64,000 nucleotides of DNA, from positions 4,960,001 to 5,024,000 of the forward strand of contig OZ252299.1 in the NCBI GenBank assembly GCA_965250285.1. The letters run 5' to 3'. Under the pieces are notes generated by a model. The model was not told the origin of the DNA. It did not search any database and saw only the letters and a list, made by a program, of their open reading frames with translations. Every line of letters starts with the position of its first letter. Position 1 is the stretch's first letter. The stretch is from Myxococcota bacterium (lineage in GTDB: Bacteria > Myxococcota_A > UBA9160 > UBA4427). Position numbers and translations under genes: made by a program. Shown here piece by piece: positions 1 through 9,753 of the stretch.

Positions 1-422
1 CCGAGCTTCGTCGCCGCCTCGCGCGCGAGCCAGCCGAGGACGTTCACGGCGACCGAGAAGTTGTTGGCGTGCAGCACGGCCATGCGATCGCCGAGCGCCT
101 GGAGCGATTCGAACTCGGCGCTCGTCAAGCCGGTCGTTCCGGTCACGTAGGCGACGCCGCGTTCGGCGGCGGCCGCTGCATTGGCGAGCGTCGCCTTCGG
201 AATCGAGAAGTCGATCACCACGTCGCAGTCGGCGAGCGCGGCCGCGGCGTCATCGGTCACCACGACGCCGCCTTCGATCGCGGTGCCGAGGCCCGGGTGA
301 CCGGGTGCTTCGAGCGCTGCGCCGACGACGAGGTCGTCGCGCGCCCCGACGGCTGCGCGCACCTGCTCGCCCATCTTGCCGAGCGCGCCGACCACGCCCA
401 CCCGCGTCTCGTTCGTCGTCAT
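1..422 (-). CDS. dapB: 4-hydroxy-tetrahydrodipicolinate reductase (5' part; runs off window start)
   Basis: Not in ORF track. Read manually from ATG at 422: MTTNETRVGVVGALGKMGEQV...DVVIDFS...YVTGTTG, matching the DapB Rossmann (GxxGKMG), DFS and GTTG motifs. Starts 1 nt after the dapA stop. Confidence 0.93.
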   Translation of the reverse strand, partial: MTTNETRVGVVGALGKMGEQVRAAVGARDDLVVGAALEAPGHPGLGTAIEGGVVVTDDAAAALADCDVVIDFSIPKATLANAAAAAERGVAYVTGTTGLTSAEFESLQALGDRMAVLHANNFSVAVNVLGWLAREAATKL

Positions 423-423
423 C

Positions 424-1296
424 TCAGAGTCGCTCCAGCTCTTTGAGGGTCACGCGCAGTCGCTCGCGGTTCGGCTCCGTCATGCGCGTGAGCGGCAGCC
501 GGATCTCCGATTCGCAGAGGCCCATGATGTGCAGCGCCTCTTTGACCGGGATCGGGTTGGTCTCGCAGAACAGGACGTCGAAGAGCGGCATCAGCTTGTA
601 GTGCAGCGCCTGGGCTCGAGGCAGATCAGAACCCTCCGCGGCCTGATAGAGCGCGAGCATCTCTTCGGGCACGACATTGGCGCTCGTCGAGATACAGCCG
701 TGGCCGCCGACGGCCATGAGCGGCAGCGTCAGACCATCGTCGCCCGATAGCACCGCGAAGTCGTCCCCACATGCCGCGACCACGTGCGCGATCTGATCGA
801 GGTCGCCGCATGCCTCCTTGACGCCTACGACGTGTTCGAGTGCGGCGAGCCGGCCGATGGTCTCGGGCGCGATGTTCGACGCGGTGCGGCCGGGGATGTT
901 GTAGACGACCAGCGGCAACGCGGTCTCGGCTGCGACCTGCGCGTAGTGCTGGTAGATGCCCTCTTGCGTCGGCTTGTTGTAATAGGGCGACAGCAGCAGG
1001 GCCCCGTCGGCACCGGCCTGCTTCGCGTGCTGCGTGAGCGCGACCGCCTCGGCCGTCGAGTTCGAGCCCGTGCCGGCGATCACCGCGACCCGGCCGGCCA
1101 CCGCCTCGACGGTGACCTCGACCACCCGGCGGTGCTCTTCGTGGGACAGCGTTGCCGACTCGCCCGTCGAGCCACACGGCACGATGCCATGCACGCCCGC
1201 CTCGATCTGTCTCTCGATCAGCGCGCGCAGCGCGGGCTCGTCGACGGCGCCATCGGCAAACGGGGTCACGATCGCGGTATGGATGCCCTCGAACAT
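424..1296 (-). CDS. dapA: 4-hydroxy-tetrahydrodipicolinate synthase
   Basis: MFEGIHTAIVTPF, GSTGES, YNIPGRT, GVKEA (Schiff-base Lys), ETNPIPVK; GAGGGAG RBS before ATG 1296. Confidence 0.97.
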   Translation of the reverse strand: MFEGIHTAIVTPFADGAVDEPALRALIERQIEAGVHGIVPCGSTGESATLSHEEHRRVVEVTVEAVAGRVAVIAGTGSNSTAEAVALTQHAKQAGADGALLLSPYYNKPTQEGIYQHYAQVAAETALPLVVYNIPGRTASNIAPETIGRLAALEHVVGVKEACGDLDQIAHVVAACGDDFAVLSGDDGLTLPLMAVGGHGCISTSANVVPEEMLALYQAAEGSDLPRAQALHYKLMPLFDVLFCETNPIPVKEALHIMGLCESEIRLPLTRMTEPNRERLRVTLKELERL

Positions 1297-1321
1297 GCGG
1301 TGCTCTCCCTCGCTCGCGGCG

Positions 1322-2233
1322 TCAGCCCTCGAGCGCTTCACCTGCCTGGAGCGGGATCGTCCCCTCGAAGACGGTCGCAGCGGGTCCGGTCATGAAGACG
1401 TGCGCGTCGTCGTTGGCCCACTCGATCACGAGGGTACCGCCGCGCAAGCGGATGCGAACCTCCCGGTCGACGACGCCCCGAAGCATCTGGGTCACGGCGA
1501 CCGCGCAGGCACCACTGCCACACGCGAGGGTCTCTCCGGTGCCGCGCTCCCACGTACGCTGGTCGATCTCGCCGCGCGAGGCGATCCGAACGAATTCGAC
1601 GTTGACGCGGTTCGGGAACGCGTCGTGATGCTCGACGATCGGTCCGAGCGTCTCGACCGGCGCTGCATCGACATCGTCGACGACGATCACCGCGTGCGGG
1701 TTGCCCATCGATACACTCGACACGGCGACCTCGCTCGCGCCGCCGAGACCCGCTCCGTCTGGCACGCCCAGCGCGACGTCGAGCACGGGCCCGTCGCCGC
1801 TGGCAGCGGCGAGTGTCGTGGGGATCTTCTGCGGCTCGAAGATCGGGAGCGCCATGTCGACGCGCACCATCGCCTGGCCGTCGGCTTCCCCGGCCCAGCG
1901 CGGGCGGACGACGCCCGACAGCGTCTCGATGCCGAGCTCATCGGCCGACGTGTGGCCCGCATCGCGCAGGTACTTGTAGAAGGCGCGAATGCCGTTGGCG
2001 CACATCTCGACCTGGCTGCCGTCGGGGTTGTAGATCTCCATCCGGAAGTCGGCCGCGTCGCTCGGTCGGACGACGAGCAGCTGGTCGAAGCCGACCCCGA
2101 AGTTGCGATGCGCGACGCGCTTCGCGAAGGCGACCAGGTCGGCCGGTAGGCGGTCGCGCACGCCGTCGAGCACGACGAAGTCGTTGCCCGCGCCGTGCAT
2201 CTTCGTGAATCGGATCTCGTTCGTCTCGGCCAT
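1322..2233 (-). CDS. dapF: diaminopimelate epimerase
   Basis: FTKMHGAGNDF, EMCANG, SMGNPH, ERGTGETLACGSG (both catalytic Cys present). Confidence 0.97.
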   Translation of the reverse strand: MAETNEIRFTKMHGAGNDFVVLDGVRDRLPADLVAFAKRVAHRNFGVGFDQLLVVRPSDAADFRMEIYNPDGSQVEMCANGIRAFYKYLRDAGHTSADELGIETLSGVVRPRWAGEADGQAMVRVDMALPIFEPQKIPTTLAAASGDGPVLDVALGVPDGAGLGGASEVAVSSVSMGNPHAVIVVDDVDAAPVETLGPIVEHHDAFPNRVNVEFVRIASRGEIDQRTWERGTGETLACGSGACAVAVTQMLRGVVDREVRIRLRGGTLVIEWANDDAHVFMTGPAATVFEGTIPLQAGEALEG

Positions 2234-2361
2234 GTCAACCTCGCTGGAGTGGTCGCTTCGTTTCGTGCGGTCGCCGTGTCGGGCCCGCATCGCTGCGCGC
2301 GGCGCACGGGATCACGGGTGGTCCCCGACCACCGCGCGTGTCGCCCGGTCGGGGATGGGGT

Positions 2362-3840
2362 TCAGGGCTTCGGCTTCGCGCCGGCGTCGATGCCGAGCGC
2401 CTTCGCCTCCGACTCGTTCGCCTTCACTGCGCGCTCGAGCTCGGCTTCGGCGCGCGCCAGCGCCTCGGCGACGGTGTCGCGTGCGGTGCCGCCCACGAGC
2501 GTTCGCTCGCTGAAGCTGCGGTCGAGGTCGAGCAGCTCGGCGGCGCTCGCCGGGAACGCCTTGTGAAAGGCGCGCAGCTCGTCGTGGGTCAGCGAGTCGA
2601 GCGAACGATCGTCGCGCACCGCGTAGCCCACCACGCTGCCGACGGCTTCGTGGGCTTCGCGGAAGGGCACGCCTTCGCGTACCAGCGCCTCGGCGAGATC
2701 GGTCGCCAGCAGCATCGGGTCGCGCGCCGCCTCGCCCATGCGCTCGACCTGCACACGCAGCGTCGCCAGGGCACCGGCCGTCACCTCGATGCAGTCGCGC
2801 AGCGTCTCGACCGAGTCGAAGAGCGGCTCCTTGTCTTCCTGCATGTCGCGGTTGTAGGTGAGCGGCAGGCCCTTCATCGTCGTGAGCAATGAGACGAGGT
2901 TTCCGACGGCGCGCCCCGTCTTGCCGCGCACGAGCTCGGGGACGTCGGGGTTCTTCTTTTGGGGCATCAGGCTCGAGCCGGTCGAGTATGCGTCGGCGAG
3001 CTCGACGAAGCCGAACTCGGCGCTCGACCAGATCACGAGCTCTTCGCTGAGCCGCGAGAGATGCACCATGCAGATCGCCGCATGGCTCATGAACTCGAGG
3101 GCCGCGTCGCGGCTCGAGACGGTATCCATGCTGTTCTGCGTCGGCGCGTCGAACCCGAGGGCCTGGGCGGTATCGTGACGATCGAGCGGCAGCGTCGAAC
3201 CCGCCATGGCGCCGGCGCCGAGCGGCGAGTGCCGGATCCGCGCGCGGCAGTCGGCGAAGCGCGATGCATCACGGCCGAACATCTCGAAGTACGCGAGCCA
3301 GTGATGCGCGAGGCGCACGGGCTGCGCCCGCTGGAGATGCGTGTAGCCGGGCAGCACGGTGTCGAGATGCTCTGTGCAGCGACCGAGCAGCACGCCCCGC
3401 AGCTCGGTGAGCGCCTGCTCGGTCGCGAGGCACGTCTCGCGCAGAAAGAGGGCCAGGTCGGTCGCGACCTGATCGTTGCGCGATCGCCCCGTGTGGAGCC
3501 GGCCGGCGACGGGCCCGATCTGCGCGGTCAGCCGCGCCTCGACGTTCATGTGGATGTCTTCGAGGCCCGGGTCGAACTCGAATCGCCCGGCTTCGATCTC
3601 GGCCATCACCTGGCCGAGCCCCTCGACGATCGCATCGACATCGGCCTGGGGGATGATCCCCGCGCGCCCGAGCATCTGCGCATGCGCGATCGAGCCCCGA
3701 ATGTCGTGGCGCGCGAGTGCCTTGTCGTAGTGGATCGACGCGCTGAAGCGTTCCACCGTCGGATCGGTGGCTTCGCTGAATCGCCCGCCCCAGAGCTTCT
3801 CGCTCCGGGTGGCGTCGTCGGTGTCGCTTCGGCGGCTCAT
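2362..3840 (-). CDS. argH: argininosuccinate lyase
   Basis: KLWGGRF, HTGRSRNDQV, PGYTHLQ, TGSSLMPQKKNPD signature; start trimmed to ATG 3840. Confidence 0.97.
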   Translation of the reverse strand: MSRRSDTDDATRSEKLWGGRFSEATDPTVERFSASIHYDKALARHDIRGSIAHAQMLGRAGIIPQADVDAIVEGLGQVMAEIEAGRFEFDPGLEDIHMNVEARLTAQIGPVAGRLHTGRSRNDQVATDLALFLRETCLATEQALTELRGVLLGRCTEHLDTVLPGYTHLQRAQPVRLAHHWLAYFEMFGRDASRFADCRARIRHSPLGAGAMAGSTLPLDRHDTAQALGFDAPTQNSMDTVSSRDAALEFMSHAAICMVHLSRLSEELVIWSSAEFGFVELADAYSTGSSLMPQKKNPDVPELVRGKTGRAVGNLVSLLTTMKGLPLTYNRDMQEDKEPLFDSVETLRDCIEVTAGALATLRVQVERMGEAARDPMLLATDLAEALVREGVPFREAHEAVGSVVGYAVRDDRSLDSLTHDELRAFHKAFPASAAELLDLDRSFSERTLVGGTARDTVAEALARAEAELERAVKANESEAKALGIDAGAKPKP

Positions 3841-4046
3841 GACGCCCGGTACTCTCGCGGTTTCCAAGCGGATTCTCAACCTGCGGGTCGGCTGCGGTGG
3901 GCCCGCGCACGCGGCCATCCCGCCCGCCCTGCTAGCCTGTGGCGCGTCCGGGCCCGGTTCGAGAACCAGGGCCCGAGCGAACGTGTCTCCTGGGGGGTGT
4001 CGCACGTGCGGGCCGGCCTGTGCCCGCCGCGCGACCGGGGATCGGG

Positions 4047-6611
4047 ATGCCGCCGGACAGTCGAGACAGAAGCGGGGGCCAGAACCGCGGAGGTCGCAAG
4101 GCCCCCCGCAAGAAGGCCGCTCGCCGCAGCGCCGGCCCCGGCCAGAAATCCGCCCGCAAGGGCGGCGCCAAGAAGTCGGCCGCGAAGAAGAAGGCCGCCG
4201 CGAGCCGGCGCGGCCGCCCCGCCGGCGGCGAGCGCAAGGGCACGCCGCGACGCTCCGCGGCCGAGAAGCGGCGCCGCCGCGCCCGGCTCGTCCGCACGCT
4301 CCGACGTCTCGGTCTCGCGCTCGCCATGGCGGCCTTCGTCGTGGGCCTCTTTGTGGCGCAGTGGGTGGTGCGCCTCGACCGCGAGGTCGTCGCGCGCTTC
4401 GAGGGCCGGCGCTTCGACGTGCCCTCGAAGGTCTTCGCCGCGCCGACCGTCGTCTACCCCGGCATGGATTGGCAGCGCGTCGACCTGGCGGGCTGGCTGC
4501 GACGCCTCGGCTACCGCGAGCAGTCGGGCGACCGCGATCTCGACCCCGGCCGCTACACCTGGGCGCCCGGCGAGCTGCGCGTGCACCTGCGGGCCTTCGA
4601 TCACCCGATGCGACCCGAGCCGGCGCGCGAGGTCGTCTTCTTTCTCGAGGCGGGCCGGATTCGCGACATCGTCGACCTCGCCGACGATCGGTTTCTCGAC
4701 GTCGTCGTGCTCGAGCCCGAGCCGGTCTCGGCGTTCCTTGGCAGCGAGCGCGAGCAGCGCGATCTCGTCTCGATCGACGAGGTGCCCGAGCACCTGGTCG
4801 ACGCGATCTATGCGGTCGAGGATCGCCGCTTCGAGGAGCACCACGGCATCGATGTACGCCGCATCGGGGGCGCCGCGCTCGCGAACCTGCGCGCCGGTCG
4901 CATCACCCAGGGCGGCAGTACGCTGACCCAGCAGCTGGTGAAGAACTTCTTCCTCACCCCCGAACGCACCTTCGAGCGCAAGGCGCGCGAGGCGGTGATG
5001 GCGCTGCTCGTCGAGGCCCGGTACGAGAAGCCGGCGATCCTCGAGGCGTATCTCAACGAGATCTACCTCGGTCAGCGCGGCTCGACCGCGGTGCATGGTG
5101 TCGGCGAAGCGGCCCGCCTCTACTTCGGCAAGCACGCGAGCGATCTCTCGCTGTCGGAGTCGGCGCTGATCGCCGCCATCATCCAGTCGCCCAACGGCAT
5201 CTCGCCCCATCGTCGCCCCGAGCGCGCCCAGAAGCGACGCGACCTCGTGCTGACGCTCATGGACGACCTCGGCTACGCGCCCAGCGATGCCGTCGCCGCT
5301 GCGAAGGCCGAGCCGATCCGCGTGGCGAGCGTGACGCCCGAGGAAGGCGAGGTGCGGTACTTCCTGGCCGCGCTGAGCCAGCAGCTGCCCGAGGTCTACG
5401 ACGAAGAGACGCTCGAGAGCGAGGGGCTGCAGATCTACACGACGCTCGTGCCTTCGATGCAGCGCGCCGCCGCGCGGGCGCTCAAGGAGGGGCTCGAGCG
5501 CGTCGAGGGTCGGGTGGCCAACGACCTGCCCCCGGAGAAGCGTCTGCAGGGATGCCTGATCGCGATGCGTCCGCAGACGGGCGAGATCCTCGCGCTGGTG
5601 GGCGGGCGCGACTTCGGCGTCTCGCAGTTCAATCGCTGCACCCAGGCCCGCCGCCAGGTGGGCAGCGTCTTCAAGCCCTTCGTCTACGTCGCCGCGCTCG
5701 ACCCCGCGAGTGGTCCCGTCGCCACGCTCGCCAGCCGCATCGACGACTCGCCCTTCGAGATCGAGACGCCCGACGGCATCTGGCGACCCGAGAACTGGGA
5801 TCGTGAGTTTCACGGCGAGGTCGGCCTGCGCGAAGGCATCGAGCGCTCGATGAACGTCGCCTCGGCGCGGCTCGCCCAGGAGGTCGGGATCCCACGCGTC
5901 GCTTCGACCGCGACGCGGCTCGGGATCTCCAGCGAGCTGCCGCGCGTGCCCTCGCTCGCGCTCGGCACGGCCGAGGTCGCGCCGGTCGAGGTCGCTCGGG
6001 CCTACGCGACGCTCGCCAACGGCGGCCGTCGGCCCGTGCCGCGCACGTTCGTCGATGTCGTGGGTTCGACGGGTGTGGCCGATGAGCATCGCCCGCTCGA
6101 AGCGGCGAGCCGCGTCATCGATCCGGGCGTCGCCTACCTCGCGACGTCGCTCCTGCAGGGTGTCGTCGATCGGGGCACGGCGGTCGGGGTCCGTCGCGCC
6201 GGGCTCAAGGGGCCGATCGCCGGCAAGACCGGGACGACCGACGACGAGTTCGATCTCTGGTTCGTCGGCTACACGCCCGAGCTCGTCGCCGTCGTCTGGG
6301 TCGGCTACGACGAGCCGCGCGGCGTCGGCGCACCGTCGAGTCGGGGCGCCCTGCCGATCTGGGTGGACTTCGTGACGGAGGTGACGGGGCAACGCGTGCG
6401 GGGTGCGTTCCCGCGACCGGCCAATGTCGAGGAGGCGATGGTCGAACCGACGACCGGCGCGCTCGCGTTGGCCGGCTGTCCCGACGCACGCAGCGAGGTC
6501 TTCATCGAGGGCACGCTGCCCGACGTCACCTGCCCGGGCGGGGCGGGCGGCGACCGGCGGCCCGGCGTGCTTCGCCGTACCTTTGGCCGCCTCTTCGGCT
6601 CGGGCGGCTAG
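4047..6611 (+). CDS. mrcB: penicillin-binding protein 1B (class A PBP: TM, UB2H, transglycosylase, transpeptidase)
   Basis: EDRRF..HHGID, QGGSTLTQQLVKN and YLNEIYLG TG motifs; SVFK, SMN and KTGT TP motifs; UB2H-like segment after the TM helix. Confidence 0.93.
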   Translation: MPPDSRDRSGGQNRGGRKAPRKKAARRSAGPGQKSARKGGAKKSAAKKKAAASRRGRPAGGERKGTPRRSAAEKRRRRARLVRTLRRLGLALAMAAFVVGLFVAQWVVRLDREVVARFEGRRFDVPSKVFAAPTVVYPGMDWQRVDLAGWLRRLGYREQSGDRDLDPGRYTWAPGELRVHLRAFDHPMRPEPAREVVFFLEAGRIRDIVDLADDRFLDVVVLEPEPVSAFLGSEREQRDLVSIDEVPEHLVDAIYAVEDRRFEEHHGIDVRRIGGAALANLRAGRITQGGSTLTQQLVKNFFLTPERTFERKAREAVMALLVEARYEKPAILEAYLNEIYLGQRGSTAVHGVGEAARLYFGKHASDLSLSESALIAAIIQSPNGISPHRRPERAQKRRDLVLTLMDDLGYAPSDAVAAAKAEPIRVASVTPEEGEVRYFLAALSQQLPEVYDEETLESEGLQIYTTLVPSMQRAAARALKEGLERVEGRVANDLPPEKRLQGCLIAMRPQTGEILALVGGRDFGVSQFNRCTQARRQVGSVFKPFVYVAALDPASGPVATLASRIDDSPFEIETPDGIWRPENWDREFHGEVGLREGIERSMNVASARLAQEVGIPRVASTATRLGISSELPRVPSLALGTAEVAPVEVARAYATLANGGRRPVPRTFVDVVGSTGVADEHRPLEAASRVIDPGVAYLATSLLQGVVDRGTAVGVRRAGLKGPIAGKTGTTDDEFDLWFVGYTPELVAVVWVGYDEPRGVGAPSSRGALPIWVDFVTEVTGQRVRGAFPRPANVEEAMVEPTTGALALAGCPDARSEVFIEGTLPDVTCPGGAGGDRRPGVLRRTFGRLFGSGG

Positions 6612-6661
6612 CGACGTCGCGACGACTGGGCCGCATGATCTGGATGAACGGAGACCTCGGG

Positions 6662-7228
6662 GTGCCGACCGCCCACCGCACGCATCGCCCGCTGTGCCGA
6701 AGTCGCTTCGGAGCCGACGCGTCGTGGGGGCCGACCGTGTGGGTCGGCCTCGCCCTGCTCGCAGCGCTGCAGTGGGCATGCGTCACCGGGGGACCTCCGG
6801 GCGGGCCCGTCGAGCCGGTCCGGGCCTCCGAGATGCTCGAAGACGCCGATCCCGCGCGCCGCGCGTCGATGCGTCTCGTGCTGCAGGGGCTCGACGCCGA
6901 CGCGAACTTCGATCGCAATCAGGCTCGGGGCAGCTACGAGCGTGCCATCCAGGTCGATCCGACCAACCCGATGGCGTACCTCGCGCTCGCGCGTCATGAG
7001 CTCGACGATGAAGAGGGCAGGCGCGCGCTTCAGCTATTGGAGCAATCGGCGGCCTTGTTCGAGGCCGAGGGCCTGCGTATCGATCCCGTGGGCGTGCATC
7101 TCGTCGGGCTCCGCGGCCTCGCCTACGAAGCACTCGGCGAGGACGGGTCGGCCGAGCTCGAGCAGGCCGCGACGCTCGCGCCCGAGGTCTGGGGCGACGG
7201 CTATCTCGCGCCCGAGGAGCTTCGGTGA
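6662..7228 (+). CDS. TPR-repeat putative lipoprotein (LpoP-like PBP1B partner)
   Basis: Hydrophobic stretch ending LAALQWAC (imperfect lipobox); TPR-like ARGSYERAIQVDPTNPMAYLALAR; directly downstream of mrcB. Start uncertain (GTG 6662 with GGAG RBS, or 6635). Confidence 0.7.
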   Translation: MPTAHRTHRPLCRSRFGADASWGPTVWVGLALLAALQWACVTGGPPGGPVEPVRASEMLEDADPARRASMRLVLQGLDADANFDRNQARGSYERAIQVDPTNPMAYLALARHELDDEEGRRALQLLEQSAALFEAEGLRIDPVGVHLVGLRGLAYEALGEDGSAELEQAATLAPEVWGDGYLAPEELR

Positions 7229-7869
7229 GCGAAGCGGATGACGCGCGCGTGAGCGAAGCGACGACGACGGGCGCCAACGGACAGGCCAGCCCGGCTTCGA
7301 TCAGCGAAGCAGATGTCGTGTCGGACGACGCGCCCTCGGGGTGGCCGCCGAAGCTCATCGCACTCGGCGCGGCCTTCGTCACGGCGCTCGGCCTCGATCA
7401 GGCGACCAAGCTCTGGATCGCCGCGAACCTGCCCGTCGGTGGAACGCCGCGGCCGGTCATCGATGGCTTCTTCTATCTCTCTCACATGCGCAATGCCGGC
7501 GCGGCCTTCGGCTTCTTCGAAGATGTGCCGGTCGAGCTTCGACGGATCGGCTTCTCGGTCGTGGCCGCACTCGCTGGCTGGGTCGTGCTGCTCTTCTACC
7601 GAAGCATGGCCCCCGGGGATCGTCTCAACGGCCTGGCGCTCGGGTGCATCGTGGGCGGTGGGCTCGGCAATCTGATCGATCGCCTCGCACGCGGTGAGGT
7701 GATCGATTTCGTTCGGTTCGAGCTATGGGGGCCGTGGTCGTTTCCCGACTTCAATCTCGCCGACGTGTTCATCATGGTGGGCGTGACGATTCTCATGATC
7801 GAGTTGCTCGTGTCGGAGGGCGTCGCTCGGGCCGAGGTGATCGAGAGCGGCGACGGCAAGGCCGGGTGA
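7225..7869 (+). CDS. lspA: lipoprotein signal peptidase II
   Basis: LDQATK, NAGAAFG, GGGLGNLIDR, VIDF and FNLAD motifs; GTGA overlap with the upstream gene. Confidence 0.95.
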   Translation: MSEADDARVSEATTTGANGQASPASISEADVVSDDAPSGWPPKLIALGAAFVTALGLDQATKLWIAANLPVGGTPRPVIDGFFYLSHMRNAGAAFGFFEDVPVELRRIGFSVVAALAGWVVLLFYRSMAPGDRLNGLALGCIVGGGLGNLIDRLARGEVIDFVRFELWGPWSFPDFNLADVFIMVGVTILMIELLVSEGVARAEVIESGDGKAG

Positions 7870-8246
7870 GACGATCGGCGCTTCGCCCGCGCTCGTCCGA
7901 CGCGCGGCGTCCACGCGTGCGGGCCCACCCGCCCACCTCAATCGGGTTGGCCTGCGTCGCGCGTACGCAGATGGCCATGCGAACGACCGCGATCGTGTGC
8001 CAACCCGCATGATCGAAGCCGTCGAAGATGTGCACGATCACGACCCAATCAGATCGGGGCTTTGACCCCCGCATCGCCGTGTCGCACCGAGCGCACTGTC
8101 GGTTCGGGTGCCTTCCCGGCGACCCAAAAAATTTCGACGAAATCGCCGAATGAAATTTCGCTTGCGGATCGCTCGATTCGCAGCGGGAAGGGTACACTCG
8201 ATCGTGTTGAATCTGCAGACGCTGCGCGCGCCATTCGTTCCCGTCA

Positions 8247-8276
8247 TTGACATCGATCGCCGCGGTACGGTAAGAA
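8247..8276 (+). promoter_or_regulatory. possible sigma70 promoter
   Basis: Perfect TTGACA, 18-nt spacer, weak -10 TAAGAA, inside an AT-enriched intergenic region upstream of the IclR gene. Confidence 0.35.
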
Positions 8277-8752
8277 ACGCGAACCCCCTGGGCTTCCTTG
8301 GATCAACCCATCGGATCCAATCGCCCGCATCATCCACGGTGGTGCGTCGATGGCCTCGAGCGTGCATGACGAGCACCGAATCATCGAATCTCGATTCGAT
8401 GCTCTGGTGTACGGTGCGACCGAGCGATTCATCGAACGAGACGCAGCATCGATGCGGGAGCCCTTCGCCGGGTTCGCTGGAGTTGGAGAGGGGCAAGTGA
8501 TCTTGCCCGCCGCAACCTCCGACAGCGAACGGTGTCATCCGACGAGGCCTTGGGGTGCATCACGCGCGCGATCGAGCTCGATGCCGCGTGGGCTGACCAG
8601 GGACGAAGCCACCGAGCGTCGCCCCGTCGTCACCCGCGTGTAGCCTCCATCGCCCCGCCGCCGGGGCGAGTCGACTTCGATCGAGTGCGTCAGACGTTGA
8701 TGCGCCGGCCCGGTCCACCGGGTCCGACGCGAGTGGGTGGAGATCGAAGTCC

Positions 8753-9541
8753 ATGCCGAAGCCGAAGAGCGACTACTCGATCCAGACCGTGAGCAATGCA
8801 CTGCGATTGCTCGAGGCTTTCAGTGACGCGCAGGAGCTGGGGGTGAGCGAGCTCTCGCGCCGGCTCGACCTGCACAAGAACAACGTGTTCCGTCTGCTCG
8901 CCACCCTGCAGCAGTCGGGTTACGTCGAGCAGAGCGACGACAATGATCGCTATCGCCTCGGTCCCGCATGCCTCGAGCTCGGTCATGCGTACGCGCGCCA
9001 CCACACGCTGGTGCGCCGTGCGCGGCCGATTCTCGAAGAGCTCGTGCGCAAGGTCGGCGAGACCGCGCACCTCGCGATGTTGCGCGATCACGAGGTCGTG
9101 CATCTCGACGGTGTGCTGGCCGACCAGCGCGTCGTCACTTCGCTGCGCGTGGGTGAGCGGCTGCCGGCGCACTGCACCGCGCTCGGCAAGGTGTTGCTGG
9201 CCCTCGGCGATGCGCGCGACCGCGAAGCCTTCGATCAGCGCGTGAGCGGGCAGGATGGCTTGAGCACGCTCACCGATTCGACGCTCGACGATGCCCAGGG
9301 CCTCGCGCGCGAGCTCGAGCAGGTCGCCGAAGACGGCTACGCCCTCGATCGCGAAGAGTGCGAGCCCGGCATGTGCTGTGTCGGCGCACCCGTGCGCGAC
9401 GATCGCGGCCTCGTCGTCGCGGCCATCTCGATCTCGGGGCCGAGCTTTCGCATGGGGCAGTCGGTGCTCGATACCGATCTGGGCCGCGCGGTGGTCGCGG
9501 CCGCCGATCAGCTCTCACAGGAGCTCGGCTACGGCCTCTAG
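8753..9541 (+). CDS. IclR family transcriptional regulator
   Basis: N-terminal HTH ([21 protein letters not shown]), [34 protein letters not shown]. Confidence 0.95.
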   Translation: MPKPKSDYSIQTVSNALRLLEAFSDAQELGVSELSRRLDLHKNNVFRLLATLQQSGYVEQSDDNDRYRLGPACLELGHAYARHHTLVRRARPILEELVRKVGETAHLAMLRDHEVVHLDGVLADQRVVTSLRVGERLPAHCTALGKVLLALGDARDREAFDQRVSGQDGLSTLTDSTLDDAQGLARELEQVAEDGYALDREECEPGMCCVGAPVRDDRGLVVAAISISGPSFRMGQSVLDTDLGRAVVAAADQLSQELGYGL

Positions 9542-9660
9542 CCCAGGCGCGCCGCAACGCGCGCGCATCGGCTCGGGCCAGCGCCCGCGCGGTGCCCGTC
9601 GCTCGACATCTGCCTGACTCTCAGTCGCATGCGCTCGTCGCTCGCCGATCGTCGTCCACC

Positions 9661-9688
9661 TTGCCGGGGCGTCGGCTTCTCGTATGCT
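9661..9688 (+). promoter_or_regulatory. possible sigma70 promoter for the acyl-CoA dehydrogenase gene
   Basis: TTGCCG-N16-TATGCT, about 65 nt before ATG 9754. Confidence 0.4.
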
Positions 9689-9753
9689 CGCCGCGAATTC
9701 CCCGAGCGCGGCGCTTCACCCCCATGCGCCGCGCGGTGTATGGAGCCCCCGAC

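Noticed and set aside
3876..6779. Long antisense and alternate-frame ORFs (e.g. 967 aa here, 49399-51870, 12546-14720, 35469-37403)
   Set aside because: Shadow ORFs expected at high GC; they overlap well-supported genes and lack family motifs.
7987..8003. Minus-strand TTGGCAC as a sigma54 promoter
   Set aside because: GG-to-GC spacing is 9 nt, not 10, and no gene lies downstream on that strand.
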